A stretch of DNA of 59,125 nucleotides, filler included, from Callorhinchus milii (GCF_018977255.1; 4 parts of 4 records of this genome joined end to end with filler, not necessarily neighbours in it), one strand, 5' to 3'; counted from the whole stretch's first letter, positions 13,101-25,380 are shown. The notes: generated by a model not told the origin, from the letters alone. Numbers and translations: made by a program.

Positions 13101-15756
13101 ACTGTTGAAGTGAATAACTCTCGCAGCCTGGACCTGGATCAGTTGATCGTGGACGTGAAGGCCGAGTACGCTGCCATGGCAAGCAAGACCCGAGAGGAAG
13201 CAGAGACAATGTACACAACCAAGGTAACGCTTGGTTAAACCAAGCCCCCCCCCACCCCCCACCACCACCCCCACACCCCCCGTCCGTTCCGTGCCCTGTT
13301 CAGGCAGACGTCGAAATCAGGAAATCAAAAGCAATCCAATGCCTTAATAACATCATTGCCGCTTTCCGATATTAATCGGTAAATAACTTATCCTGCGGCT
13401 CACGTTTTATTCGAGCGCTCCGAGGTGTCGTTGCTGCGGGCGAAACGCAAAATGGCCGACTTCAGGGTCGGAGAGGTCGCCACAGATGTCGTGTCCTGTT
13501 CGGGTGGGTCAGTAATTGATGCCTCTCTTGCTGATGTTCCCATGTTGAATGTTCCCTTCGGTTACAGTACAATATATTGGCTCAGTCAGCTGGACAACAC
13601 GATACTGACATCCGTTCCATGAAGGCCGAGATCACGGATTCCACCCGGAAAATCGGGAGATTAACCACAGAGATCGAATCTCTTACGGCTCTGGTGAGCG
13701 AGCGAGACTGGCGATGATGGGCTTCAATTAGGGTTGGAAGCAGAACATCGGGCGTCAGCCTGGCGCAGTCGGTAGCACACTCTCGACTCTTGAGTCAGAA
13801 GATTGTAGCTCGGTGGTTAGACCGCCCGCCTCGCAAGCGAGAGGACCTGGGTTCGATTCCCGGGCGGGTCAGGGTGAAATGTTGGGCAAGTTTCCTTACT
13901 TCACACGCACACGCACACGCACACGCCCCTCTATTTACCCACCAGTAAGTAGGATCCTGCTTGTCATTCGATTGGCGGATCTCTTTTCCAGGGGGTAATA
14001 ATTCCTTCCAAAAAAAATAAATAAATTGGCCACTCAATGCACGACTGTTTGTGGGGGGACACCGCTGTGCGCAATCGGCTGCCGCGTTTCGCCCACAAAA
14101 TACACAGTCAATTCACTTGACAGCGTATCCCGTGAAGCGCTTTGAGACGTCTCAAAGACGTGATGAGGCGCTGTGTCAAATGCCGGGATTATTATTATTA
14201 GAAGTTTGTGGGTTCAAGACCTACGCCAGGACAGTCGAGACTGTCCCAGAGTCTCGGCCGACCAGAGACATAGCGCTGCTTTGTCGGAAGCTCCGTCCTT
14301 CGGATGAGACATCAAACCCAGTTTGTCCGTTCAGATGGCCGTTAAAAGATCTCTCTCTGTTTCAGCGTGTCAGCTTGGAGGCAGCAGTGATTCAGGCCGA
14401 GGAAACGGGAGAGATGAGCCTGAAGAACTCCAAGGTGAGGGTACTTCAACTGGAAGACGAAATCCAACAGGCCAAGCAAGCTATGGCTTTACAAGTGCGC
14501 CAATACCAGGAAATGCTGAGCGTGAAGTTGGCCCTCGATATTGAGATTGCCACCTACAGGAAACTCCTGGAGGGAGAGGAGTACAGGTAAAGCACAACTC
14601 ACGCCCTCTACCCTGACGCGCTCTATCCAGTGCTGGGTGGAGTGCACTGCTTTTTCAAGGCGCCGTACTTTGGGCGAGACTGAGCTCCCCGTCTGTGGCC
14701 CTGCTCGCTATTCGAACAGAGATCAGAGTTTTCCTCTCCCCTCCCTGTGTTACGCCCGACAATCCTCGCCTCGCCTGCCTCGCCCGACAAGGGGCGAGGC
14801 AGAGGGACTGCGGGATGGAGTGCAACAGCTTACATTTATGTAGCACTCCTCCACCCACTGTAGCATCCCAAAGCGCCCGCTCCCACAGACAGATAAAACT
14901 GGTGGCTCGCTTCAACAACAACAACAAAATTACATTTGTATAACGCCTTTCGGGGACATTCAGGGATTTGGATCTGAGCTGGGGGTTCGGACAAGGGGGA
15001 GAGTGGCAGCCAGGGGTAGGAGGGTGGGTGGCCGAAGGCGTAGTCAAAAAGAAGAGGAGGGTCTTGAGAAGTGCCTCGATTGGAATTTCAGGACCTCCTC
15101 AACCTGCTACCCCCCCCCTCGTCTTACTCTGCGTAGCTTGTAGGAGGAAAGATTCTACACGCCTGAGCAAACGGAACTCAACTTGGGGGAAGGAGATCAC
15201 AGAAGGAGATTAAACGTTCATCCAAAACATTTTCCCGATGTCCTAATTAGGAAACGCGCCTTTTTAAAAACATTTTTACACACCTAACGCTCTCTCTCCC
15301 CCTCTCTCTCTCTCCGCACAACCTCTGAACGAGTTCGGCCACAGCAGCATTTCCCGCACGCAGAGAACGTAATTTCAATAACTTTTGCATTTCAGGGTGG
15401 GACATCACCAAAAAGGGATTGTCCATGTCAATGCTCACTCGGCAAGAGGTAAGTTGTTGAATCACGTGAAAGGGTTTGAGGCATTAATGATTGCCCCGTC
15501 TCTCACTCCCAACCCGTCCACCCCCATCGTTTAGGCTGACGCTGCGGTGCTGGTGAGAGCACTGTACTGTTGGTTGAGTCATTAAACCGAGCTGCTTACG
15601 CGTCCCGTTCTGGTGGACTTTAAAGATACCTAACCTAACTACTAGAGTGCAGTAGCTCAGTGGTTAGAGCGCTCTCGCCTCGCAAGCGAGAGGAACCTGG
15701 GTTCGATTCCCGGGCGCGTCAGGTCAGGGCGAAATGTTGGGCAAGTTTCCTTACTC

Positions 15757-15789
<33 letters not shown>

Positions 15790-16257
15790 GCGCGCCTCTA
15801 GTATCCCAGCAGTAGGAACCCGGTTGTTAGTCGATTGGCAGATCGCTTTTCCGGGGGTGTAATAATTCCTTCAAAAAAATAATAATAATAACTTGGTCGC
15901 AATCCACGACTGTTTGTGGGGGGGACTCTGCTGTGCGCAATTGGCCGCCGCGCTTCGCCCACAAAATACACAGTGAATTCACTTCACAGTGTATCCCGTG
16001 AAGGGCTTTGAGACGTTTGGAAAGACGTGACAAGGCCCTGTATCAAACACGAGGATTCTTCTGTTATCGTTAAATCGATCTGTCTGGTATTCGGACTCAA
16101 AAACTAAGGACCTTCCTTTCCTTTTCTTTCCTTTCCTTCAGTTCACGAAGATAAGTTTTCATCTCAATCCCTGGTGTCCGAGATTCCGTATGTGGAGTCC
16201 CAGAAGAGGAATGTGCTGGTGAAGACCGTTCAGTCATCAGTGCGCTCTGTGCAATAG
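10155..16257 (+). CDS. KRT8-like: Type II keratin, K8-like, 9 exons, 445 aa
   Basis: Exons 10155-10445, 11063-11271 (209), 11658-11718 (61), 12004-12099 (96), 13059-13223 (165), 13568-13693 (126), 14366-14586 (221), 15396-15448 (53), 16142-16257; all GT-AG and frame-consistent (1338 nt). Motifs [38 protein letters not shown] and tail [10 protein letters not shown]. Internal exon sizes are those of type II keratins. Confidence 0.95.
12155..12560 (-). mobile_element. Young L2 3' end with (TTG)n tail, poly-purine tract and a 47-bp tandem duplication (12356-12449)
   Basis: Near-identical to the + copy at about 20270-20462; unit gctgaaggctcggtcaaagagaaaggttttgagaccggccttgaagg occurs twice. Confidence 0.85.
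12810..12940 (-). mobile_element. CR1 3' end nested inside a SINE tail
   Basis: gaaacaggaggaggccattcagcccctcgagcctg.. interrupts the SINE at gtgataa|..|ataaggcgct. Confidence 0.7.
13805..14199 (+). mobile_element. tRNA-headed Deu SINE in keratin intron 6
   Basis: Full head, body and (TTA)n tail. Confidence 0.85.
14915..15230 (-). mobile_element. L2 3' end fragment
   Basis: Resembles the other L2 3' UTRs on the minus strand, with a (TTG)n-like tail. Confidence 0.6.
15645..16060 (+). mobile_element. tRNA-headed Deu SINE with (CA)n in keratin intron 8
   Basis: Full head, body and tail. Confidence 0.85.
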
Positions 16258-18039
16258 TGAGCGAGCAGCTGCGGCTGATCTCAGCTCCCTCTGCCCAGTC
16301 ACTCGGCAGACGATTCCTTTTCTGTATCGCAGGGCTTAAAATGTTGCTTCTATCCTATCGCTCGCACCCGCTCTTCCCTTCCGGCCACTGTGAGAGGCTC
16401 CACACGGGTTCATTCCTCTCGGCAGAGTCTCCAATCCCGCTTGATTCCAACCCCGGGAAAAATTGTGGGAGAAATTTGTGGTATGCCTTAACATCAGTTG
16501 AATCAACGCAGTTGTTAATGGAGTTAAGGATTGTCTTTAGGATGGCCGCAAACTCCCACTAACACCCCGCCTCCCCCCCCACCCTCCCAACCCACCCACC
16601 CAACCCCGCCACCCAGCGCCACACTCAAGAGTGTCAGCAGCAGAAAGATCCTATAGTAATGTAATTAACGGGTATTTTCACTGGCTTTGAATCCTCTGCG
16701 AGTCAGATCAGATCTTTTGAGTGACTGTGGTTTTGCCAATTGTAATGGTTGACGGGTTTTAAATGATTAATCTTTTTATTATTGAGTTGGGATGTCTTCA
16801 TATTTGGTTCTTCAATTAATCCCAGGGGTTGCCTGGTACAGATTCTGTGGTCATATGAAGAAGTATAAAATTGCTGATACACACATTTCTCTTCTTTATT
16901 CCCATTTAAGCGTGAACCCCCTTCAGATTTAATCTACCCCAAACCCTGTAAGTGACATCTCCTCCCACGGGAGATCCTGTCCACCCATCTTCCCAAGTTC
17001 CTCGAGCTCCCTGTCTCTCTGGGAATCATTATCGTGATCGAATTGCCCTTTTCGAATCCCTCCATAGCTTCCCTTCACCTCAGCTCCAACCTCCTCCATC
17101 TCTGCAACCCATGTAGCATTTCCTGCTCCTTTGACTCCAAGTTGGAGTTTGAGCCTTCAGCCTTCAGGCCCCAGTTCCCCAGGATCTAATGTTTTCTCCT
17201 GCAATTATGTTGCCTCGCTCCCTCTCCCTGCTTTCAAGATTTTCCTCAAGACCTACCTCTCTTGGGACGTCCTCCCCACCTGAAAGGCACTTTACAAATG
17301 TAATTTGTTTTTCTGTTGTGTGTCTTCAATAGCTTTTCCGAACGCTTCCACCTTCTTGCTTCCCTGTCCACTGGATCCCTCGTCCCCCTTCAGGTCCTAT
17401 TTCCGGGCATATTCTGTCATGTATTTACTTGTGTTTCATGCAATAACTAATAAATGGCTTCTGGGCAAAAATGAGTCAGTTTCTCAATGATACAAACACC
17501 CGAAATTGAGGGGAGGAAGAGTGGGCATTTCTTCCAGCCTTCTCCATGTCAGAGGGGCAATGCTCACAGTAAATCCTGTGAAGAAAGGGTTCTAAACAAC
17601 GTGATGAGGTGCTATGTCAAACACAAAGATTATTATTTCTTTTATTAGTAATCATGTGGCTTTGAGCTCACAGTCCAGGCTGACTCTCCAGTGCATTACT
17701 GGGGGTGGGGGGTGAGCTCAGCATTGTTGGAAGGTGCCATGGTTTGGATAAACTGAGGTCCCCTCTATGCCTAACGTCTCGGTGGTCGTTAAAGATCCCA
17801 TGTACCTTTTGAAAAGAGCAGAGAGTTTCACTCTCCTGATGTCCTTGGCCAACAATTACCCCCGAATAAAATTGGTCGTTCGCTTAATGGCTGTTTGTGG
17901 GACAAATGTGTGCAAACTGACGGCGTTCGCCTACAAAACACCACAGTCACTACACTCTTTACAGCAAATCCTGTAAAGCGTTTTGAGACGTCCTCCCAAC
18001 ACTGTATCAAACGTAAGGATTATTGCCGTAATTATTGTT

Positions 18040-18330
18040 ATTGACTACGCCTTTGACCACTTCCTGTCAACTCCTTCCTTGATCCTCGCACACCCTCCCT
18101 TCCCCAAATCTCCCACCCTGCTCAGGCTCTGCACGACCTTGTTCCTCCCTACCTCTGTGACCTGCCGACCGATCCCTTGTCAACCCGTCCGCGCTCTCTG
18201 GCTCCAGCCTGCTCCGCACCCCCCTCCCACCCGCCTGGCCCTCCAACCATTGGTGGTTGGGTCTTCAGCCTCTCTGCCCTCACCCTTTAGCACTCCATCC
18301 CACCGCCCCTTCTCCTCGCTCCCTACAAGT
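18040..18330 (+). mobile_element. L2 3' region fragment
   Basis: cttgttcctccctacctctgtgacc..ggtcttcagcctctctgccc matches L2 copies at about 4620-4800 and 57490-57660. Confidence 0.65.
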
Positions 18331-18969
18331 GCAAGTTGCGGTCGTGATCCTTACCCTTCAGATAACGGCCGCACCAAACAGCGGTCGAATTCCGCGTCGC
18401 CCTGCACCGTCGCCCGGGGTAGCTCTTTCCACGCCCTCAGGCCTTCCGCACGGTGGCCGATCAGAAGGAGTAACGGTGGCCGGAGGCGAGTGCTGTTCGG
18501 AACGTCAGGCTTTCCCGCCACGCACGACTTGAAACAAGATAAGCAAGGTTTGAGATTCCGTGCCTCGGCCACGGCATTTGATCTGCCTGCGATAGCAACA
18601 GAATTGCCCCGTGGCGCTGTCTGGAACACGAGAGGGATTCGCTCAGTGAGCGTTTCTTTTTTTTTTACGCTGCTTCGCCGGTTGCCCTGGCGGTCGTTGT
18701 TCCTGCTCGTTTCCAAGTCGCACGCAGGACGGGCCGCAGGGCGAGGCGATTAACGAGAGCGCTGTCTGAGGCGTGCCTCGGTTTTCAAAGGATTTCTCCA
18801 ACTTGCTGGGTGGTCATGAGCTTGAAGCACCGGGAAGCCAGAAGGTCGCAGGTTCGAACCCCCTCCCATGTTGGGGACTTTGAGCTCACAGTCCAGGCTG
18901 ATGCTCTGCACTGGGGAGGGGGGTGGGTGGGGCGGGGGGGGGGGCGGGGTGGAGAGTGCCACATTTTCA

Positions 18970-19069
18970 NNNNNNNNNNNNNNNNNNNNNNNNNNNNNNN
19001 NNNNNNNNNNNNNTTAATTAATTAANNNNNNNNNNNNNNNNNNNNNNNNNNNNNNNNNNNNNNNNNNNN
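18970..19069. other. Artificial assembly spacer (44N-TTAATTAATTAA-44N)
   Basis: The identical 100-bp construct recurs at 44175-44274 and 49292-49391 and has stops in all six frames. Confidence 0.95.
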
Positions 19070-19440
19070 TTCGACGAAGAGCCAGGGAATGTTTTTCACT
19101 CCACTTAGCAAACACACCGTGGTTATTACAAAGGCAGCCGTTCTCTCGTGGCAGTATATTACGTTCAGATTCGGGCAATAAATTGCAACAAATCGATCCA
19201 ACGTGAAAGCCACGGTTAGCCAGACAGAGCCGTCCGTGGTGACGTAAATCAGAGAGACTTTGATAGTACAAAGGGGGACAGAAGACTGTTTGGGAAATAA
19301 AGCCCTCCGATGCGATTCAGTATCAAGTCAACCAACAGAACGAAAAAAATCTGATGCCGCCATGGTCACCAGATAATTGGTAATACATTTGGACAGACCA
19401 CATCTCCCCCGGGATAGCATGGCCATCGCCAACAAGTTGA
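19070..19440 (-). pseudogene. GPR139/142-like class A GPCR exon 2, 5' part, frameshifted and cut off by the contig end
   Basis: Acceptor ttatttctag at 19441, then VNLLAMAMLSRGRCGLSKCITNYLVTMAASD; frameshift in a T-run; LVDLILNRIGGLYFPNSLL; second frameshift; SVWLTVAFTLDRFVAIYC..KNIPW. Confidence 0.8.
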
Positions 19441-20077
19441 CTAGAAATAAAACGGAGTGTTAGACAGCGATCATTATTGTTATATGTTATTGAAAATTCC
19501 CGATCGATTCTGTGCCTTCGGAAATTATTTTGGAAGATAACTGGTTGAACATATACAAACGATCAAAAACAAACTGCCTGGCTCTGTTTCATTGGAGGGG
19601 CGGCATCTCTGTAAATTCAACACATCCTCAGCTGGAGCATCAGGTTAGATTATAACATAACAATCCTTCCATTAGATGCAATAATTTTCACATCTTCCAG
19701 ACGTCTCAAAAAATACTTTAAGGTGAATTGACTGTGTGATTGTGGGTGAAATGCGTCAGAAAATGACATACATCTGTGTCCACAAATTGTCGTGGAATCA
19801 GTGACCAAATAGTTATTTTTAAACCCTGAAATGGCACTTCAACTCACAGGCCTCTGACTCAGAGTTGCCAATGCTTGAACTGAGACAGACTGACACTCGG
19901 TATAAAACCACTATATTCCTGCAATGCATTCCGGTTTAATATACCCAGAAAAGAATCCACTTTACAGTGTTGTCAAAACATGATAGCAAAACATTACACA
20001 ATGGTTAGATTCATTTCTGGGCTGTTTCCTTATTCCTTTATCATATGCTATAATCGGTGACATTGATGGCCACTCAC

Positions 20078-21519
20078 TACTTTTGTACACACAGAATCCC
20101 AGTATGAACACAATGATCACTGTTGCAGTGAGAATCCCCACAGCCAGTCCTATAGTGTGTTTCCCGATCGAGTTTGCTAAAGAGAGAAATAGGCAAACAG
20201 TCATTTGTTGATATTGAAGAGCTAATATGGCGGAAAAACTCATCATTTTCAAGACATTACTTAGGTCTGTTCTCTTTGACCGAGCCTTCAGCTCCCCTCA
20301 CCCTGACCATTTCCCCCCTCCTCGCTCCCTCCCTTCCCTCCCCTCACCCTGACCATTTCCCCCCTGCTCGGGTCATGACCCAACTGTGCAGCGCCTTGGG
20401 ACGTCCTCCTGACGTGAAAGGCGCTTTATAAATGGAATCTTGTTGTTGTTGTTGTTGTTGTTTGATTTCCTCTTGATTCAAAAATGCTATAGAAACTAAT
20501 GGTTTCTCTCTTCCAATGAAAGTAGCCAAAGTTCCACAAGTCTATCCTCATGAGACTATCCTGAGGAGGAAGAAATACACAGTTTCTGTTTTGGTACTGC
20601 GAAGATGACCTGCCAAGCTGGAGAAGATCGGAATCCAGTTCTTCCTTGATGTTGGTCTCTAGACGGGTCCCTGAGCCAGGCGGGTCAGCAAAAATCCAGG
20701 GAAATGCTGATGGCAGCACAGTCCAGCCATCGGCAAGTTGTTGAGGAGTAGATCGGCACTGGGAGCCACGATTCTTCCACCTCGCTTCCCAGTAATACCC
20801 CAAGATAGCGCGATTGTTTTTGGTGTTCCACGCTGGACAAATTGGGCTTGTATACCAGATTGAACTCAATGACAAGCGGTGTGCTTGGCCGGTTCAATAT
20901 CGGATGCTATATTACAGTAGGATCTGGGATGGCCAAACATTATCTCACCGAAAAGTTACGTGATGATGATTACAAGAAGTTGGGCGTCTCTGCCTCTTGG
21001 AAACGGAGAGAGAGTTTACAACACAGACTTGCCGTGCGGAGATCACACGGGAGTTTGGTTTAGTGAACTGTTTTATCTTGTTGATGGGTTTCCGCCCGAG
21101 GTCAAACAATCCAGCATATACCAGGAGTTACCAAGGAAACATGATCGATGGTATAAAAAGAGTTTAAAACAGGAGTTGCTGTAAATGGTCAAAAGATAAA
21201 CCTTTTATTGTGCGAGATTTTATTGAGCTGTTACCCGACAAAGAGATTCCCACTCCCTTGCTCTCTGGTGATGTGAACTGTCGTCCGTCTATGTATGTAG
21301 TGTATTTACACGTGTCATTTCCAGCTCTGATCTCCGATGGGGTGAATATTGCTGTGTTGTTATTCTCTGGAGCTGGTTGTGATGTGATAAACTTGCCGTC
21401 TCTGTATAAAGAAAAATTGCTGCCAGGATAAATTCCAGCACACGAAATCTCAATGCTTTCCCCGCTCACAAACACTCGGTAATCTGGCATCAGGGAAATG
21501 GTGGGTTCGTGGAGCGAAT
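20078..21519 (-). CDS. Ig-superfamily type I membrane receptor (C2-type Ig exon 21235-21519 + TM exon 20078-20176); 5' and cytoplasmic exons not identified
   Basis: Phase-1/phase-1 exons of 285 and 99 nt with AG/GT ends. DSLHEPTISLMPDYRVFVSGESIEISC..FSLYRDG..GNDTCKY..SPES resembles LRC/IGSF1-type domains; TM IGLAVGILTATVIIVFILGFCVYK. Confidence 0.75.
20270..20462 (+). mobile_element. Young L2 3' end with (TTG)n tail, in the IgSF intron
   Basis: cttgggacgtcctcctgacgtgaaaggcgctttataaatggaatcttgttgttg. Confidence 0.85.
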
Positions 21520-21802
21520 CTGCAATTAATCATAGTAAAGATAATTTCATATACACTCCCTCTGATCTGTGTTGTGACAGTAAACACAGGATCGACAATG
21601 AGCCCAGTGATAGTCTATGAGTCTGCTTATGTGTCACGTCTAAAACGAGGCAGAAATGTGACTGTTATTCAACCGAGTCTTGATGGGACTTAAGACCAAC
21701 ATATATGACCACATTGTGCTTATCCACTCAGAGCACAACCAACTGTGCTTACGCAGGAAAATGTTTCTGCTGTAATTAAACATTTGTCTGTAACCTTGGC
21801 TT

Positions 21803-22120
21803 CAGTGGGAGCTCGGAGTCAATGTGAGCTCCGGGTTAGTGTGAACTCGGGGTCACTTGAGCTCGGGGTTCGTGTGAGCTTGGCGTCGGTGTAAGCTCGA
21901 GGTCAGTGTGAGCTCCGGGTCAGTGTGAGCTCTGGGTCAGTGTGAGCTCCGGGTCAGTGTGAGTTCGGGGTCAGTGTGAGCTCGGGGTCAGTGTGAGCTC
22001 GGGGTCAGTGTGAGCTCGGGGTCAGTGTGAGCTCGGGGTCAGTGTGAGCTCCGGGTCAGTGTGAGCTCCGGGTCAGTGTGAGCTCTGGGCCAGTGTGAGC
22101 TCGGGGTCAGTGTGAGCCCG
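21803..22120. repeat. 17-bp minisatellite GGTCAGTGTGAGCTC(C/G)G, about 18 copies
   Basis: Direct reading; copies degenerate towards the 5' end. Confidence 0.95.
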
Positions 22121-22479
22121 TGGTGCCTGTTCCCTTGCTCCCTGTTCAGGTTAAGGATGCAGATTTCGGGGCAATATTCAAAACCAGACGGGAATTTCTC
22201 CTGGTGACTTGGTGATAATCCACCAAATAAAATTAATCTTTCTCTTCACGGCTCTTTGCAGTGCTCAGGTCATTATTCTGATTATTGTCGTGGTTTTAAA
22301 GATTTCTTCCAGACACGGCAATATCTGGTTTCGAGGATCTTCAGATCCAGCGCCTTGGGACGTGCTCCTGATGCGGGCGAAGCTGGTGACTTGTCGGTGT
22401 TGGTGTAACGATCTGATTCACGTCAAACTTTGTCTATCGATAGTCACAAGTCAGTATAACCAGGGAATTTATATCCCTT

Positions 22480-24240
22480 CATCCCCTTGCCCTGTGCACA
22501 GTCCCTCCCACTGTGCTCAACCCCTCTGTAATAAACCCCTTATTCTGTGCTCAGTCACTCACCCTGTTGTTAGTCACTCCCGCTGTTCCCAGCACCTCCC
22601 GCTTTGTTCAGCCCCACACCCTGTTTCTAACCCCTTACCCTGTGACAAGCCCTTCCCCCTGTGCTCAGCCTCTCCCCTTGTGTTCTGCTCCTCCCTTATG
22701 ATGAACCTTCACTCCTACGCTCAGCCCCAAAACCCTGCGTTCAGCACCTCCTCCTGTGCTCAGCCGCAAATCCTTTCATCAGCCCCTCCTCCTGTGCTCA
22801 GACCCTCCCACAGTAGTCAGATCCTCCCTTGTACGTAGCAGCTCCCGCTGTGCTCAGCCCTAGCCCCTATTCTCAGACCCTTGTGTTCAGCCACCTCCGG
22901 GAGTCAACCATCCCCTGCTAAGTTCCCTGTCCACACCATGAGCCCCCCTACCCCCCACCTTGTAGTCAGCCACGTCACTGTGCTCAAGCCCCACGGGGGT
23001 CACTTCTGTTTGTCCAACCATATGATGTGTTCTATATCTCACGTGTGCTCAGCCACCCACATTTTCTCAGTCCCCTGTGCTGAGCTCCTGTGCTGATCCC
23101 GCCATGTGGTTTCCTCCCTCCGCCCTGCTCAACCCCTCTTCTAATCCACTGTTCTCAATCCCCCGTGATGAACCCCCCACCCCCGTAGGTCAACCCACCT
23201 GTTAATAATAATAATAATCCTTGCATTTGATATAGCGCTTTTCACATCATCTTTGCGTCCCAAAGCGCTTCACAAAATATACTGTAAAGTGAATTGACTG
23301 TATATTTGTGGGCGAACGCGGCAGCGAATTGCGCACAGCAGTGTCCCACAAACAGTAGTAGATTGAAAATGACCGATTTATTATTGTTTGGTATTTTTGG
23401 AGGGATTATTTTTAGGCATGTGGAGTAAGGAAACCTGTTCTCACAACCCTTTGCTTAAACGCCCTCCATTCACCCCCTGTGTTCAACCACGCCTGTGTTC
23501 AAGCCCCTGTATTCACCGCCAGTGCGCAACTACTATAATCAACCCTGTGCTCACAACCAGCGCTCCAAAAGACACAAGTACACTCCACTGTCCTCATCGA
23601 CACTCTTCTCTGCCTCTGTGTTCACCCACCCTCTGCTCACCACCTGTGATCACCACGCCTTCACCACGCCTGTGAACACACCCGATGCTCATCCACCCCT
23701 GTGGTCACCGCACCTGTGCTCATATCCTGTGTCCCCTCCACTATGCTCAACTCTCATATTTTTCTACACCCTCCCTGCGCTCACATCAGACTGTGATCAT
23801 ATCCTATTTGCTCAACACCTCTGCTCACCCACTCCGCTAAGCCCTCTGCTCACCCTATCTGCTCACCAACCAGTGCTCAACATCGATGAGCTCAACTCAG
23901 CCCTGTGCACATACTTCAATATGCTAACTGACCCTTTGATCAACCCCCAACCTGTGCTCAATGAATTGTATTTACCTCCATGTGCTGAAATCCTCGAGCT
24001 CACCTCCTTCTGCTCACCTCCCTTAGCTAACACACCTGGTTTTAAGCCCCCGCCCTCACTCATCACCCATGTGCTCAGTCCCTATGCTCTCCCAGCCCTT
24101 AAGCTTAACCCCTTGTGATAATCCACCATTGATCTAAACCTGGGCTTAAACCCTTTTGCTCATTCTCTATTGATCTCCCCCACTATGCTTAATACCATCA
24201 CGCAGTGCTCATCCACGTTGGCTCTCACCCGCCACTACAA
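22480..24240. repeat. Decayed C-rich tandem repeat built on CCCTGTGCTCA, interrupted by a SINE
   Basis: Recurrent ccctgtgctca / ctgtgctcag motif and strong C>G strand skew. Confidence 0.75.
23204..23440 (-). mobile_element. Young SINE subfamily copy, 5'-truncated
   Basis: Diagnostic tcattttcaatctac..gttcgcccacaaatatacagtc shared with 24500-24822, 35665-35880, 38775-39050 and 51104-51311. Confidence 0.85.
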
Positions 24241-24499
24241 TCTCCATTGTAATGCTCCATGCTGATTTCCATGTATACAAATGTAATTTTGTTGCTATTG
24301 TTGCTGAAGTTCCCAAAGTGCTGAATCGATCATTAGATTCATTGGGAATGTCCCGAGAGAAGAGAGTTTACGTGGTATGTGAATGGACGGAGAAGCCTGC
24401 AGTCTCCGTGGAGCTTTTCTGGGTCTCAGGAACAATTGTTGTTGTTCAATGCCTACGCCAACTCCCGGCCACATGGCCTCCATCCGGCTACATCCAGTT

Positions 24500-24822
24500 T
24501 GGAGACCTGTAGCTCAGTGGTTAGAGCAATCGCTTTGCAAGCGAGAAATCTGAGTTCAATTCCAGACAGGGCAAAACCTTGGGCAAGTTTCCAACTCCAC
24601 ATAGAGCCTAATAATAATACCTCCTAAACCAAAAACAATAATAAAAATTGGTCATTTTCAATCTACGACTGTTTGTGGGACATTGCTGTGCGCAATTTGC
24701 TGCTGCGTTCGCTCACAAATATACAGTCAATTCACTTTACAGTGTGTTCTGTGAAGCGCTTTGGGACGTCCTCCCGACGTAAAAAGCGCTATATCAAATG
24801 CAAGGATTATTATTATTATTAC
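24500..24822 (+). mobile_element. Young SINE subfamily copy with head
   Basis: ggagacctgtagctcagtgg.. through ctcccgacgtaaaaagcgctatatcaaatgcaaggattatta. Confidence 0.85.
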
Positions 24823-24829
24823 ATGCCAA

Positions 24830-25380
24830 TACTCGGTCACACGTCACCACACGGTCACATGTCCACCACCCAGTCACTTGTCCATCACCCGGTCACATGT
24901 TCGCCACCCTGTCATTTGTACATCACTCGGTCACATGTCCATCACTCGGTCACATATCCACCACTCGGTCACATGTCCACCACTCGGTCACACATCCACC
25001 ACTCGGTCACATGTCCACCACTCGGTCACACATCCACCACCGGGTCACATTCTACCTTTCGGTAACATGTCCACCACTCGGTCACTTGTACATCACTCGG
25101 TCACATGTCCACCACTCGGTCACATGTTCACCACTCGGTCGCATGTCCACCACTCGGTCATATGTCCACAACACGGTCACACTTCTACCACCCGGTCACA
25201 TGACAACAACGTGGTCCCATGACCACCACCCAGTCACACATCCATCCCGTGCCACATGTTCATCGCTGGTCAGTTAACCATCGTCCATTCACAACTCGCT
25301 TCCCGGTCATATGTCCCTCTTGGTCACACTTCCGCCGGTCACATGTTGCTGAACCGCGTGAACGCCAGTCGTCCGCATCA
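24830..25380. repeat. 19-bp minisatellite CCACTCGGTCACATGTCCA
   Basis: cactcgg recurs at 24962, 24981 and 25000 (period 19). Confidence 0.9.

Noticed and set aside
17983-18753. 256-aa ORF
   Set aside because: Composed of a SINE tail, L2 3' UTR and GC-rich DNA; no recognisable domain.
20560-20900. Possible Tx1/L1 RT remnant (RYLGVLLG..DPP) in the IgSF intron
   Set aside because: Only a short motif resemblance; needs a profile search before it can be called.
22209-24118. Long Pro/Ser/Cys-rich ORFs (209 and 207 aa)
   Set aside because: Low-complexity C-rich repeat depleted of stop codons.
24673-25277. Three overlapping His/Thr/Ser-rich ORFs in all plus frames
   Set aside because: They result from a stop-free 19-bp minisatellite; no splice or domain support.
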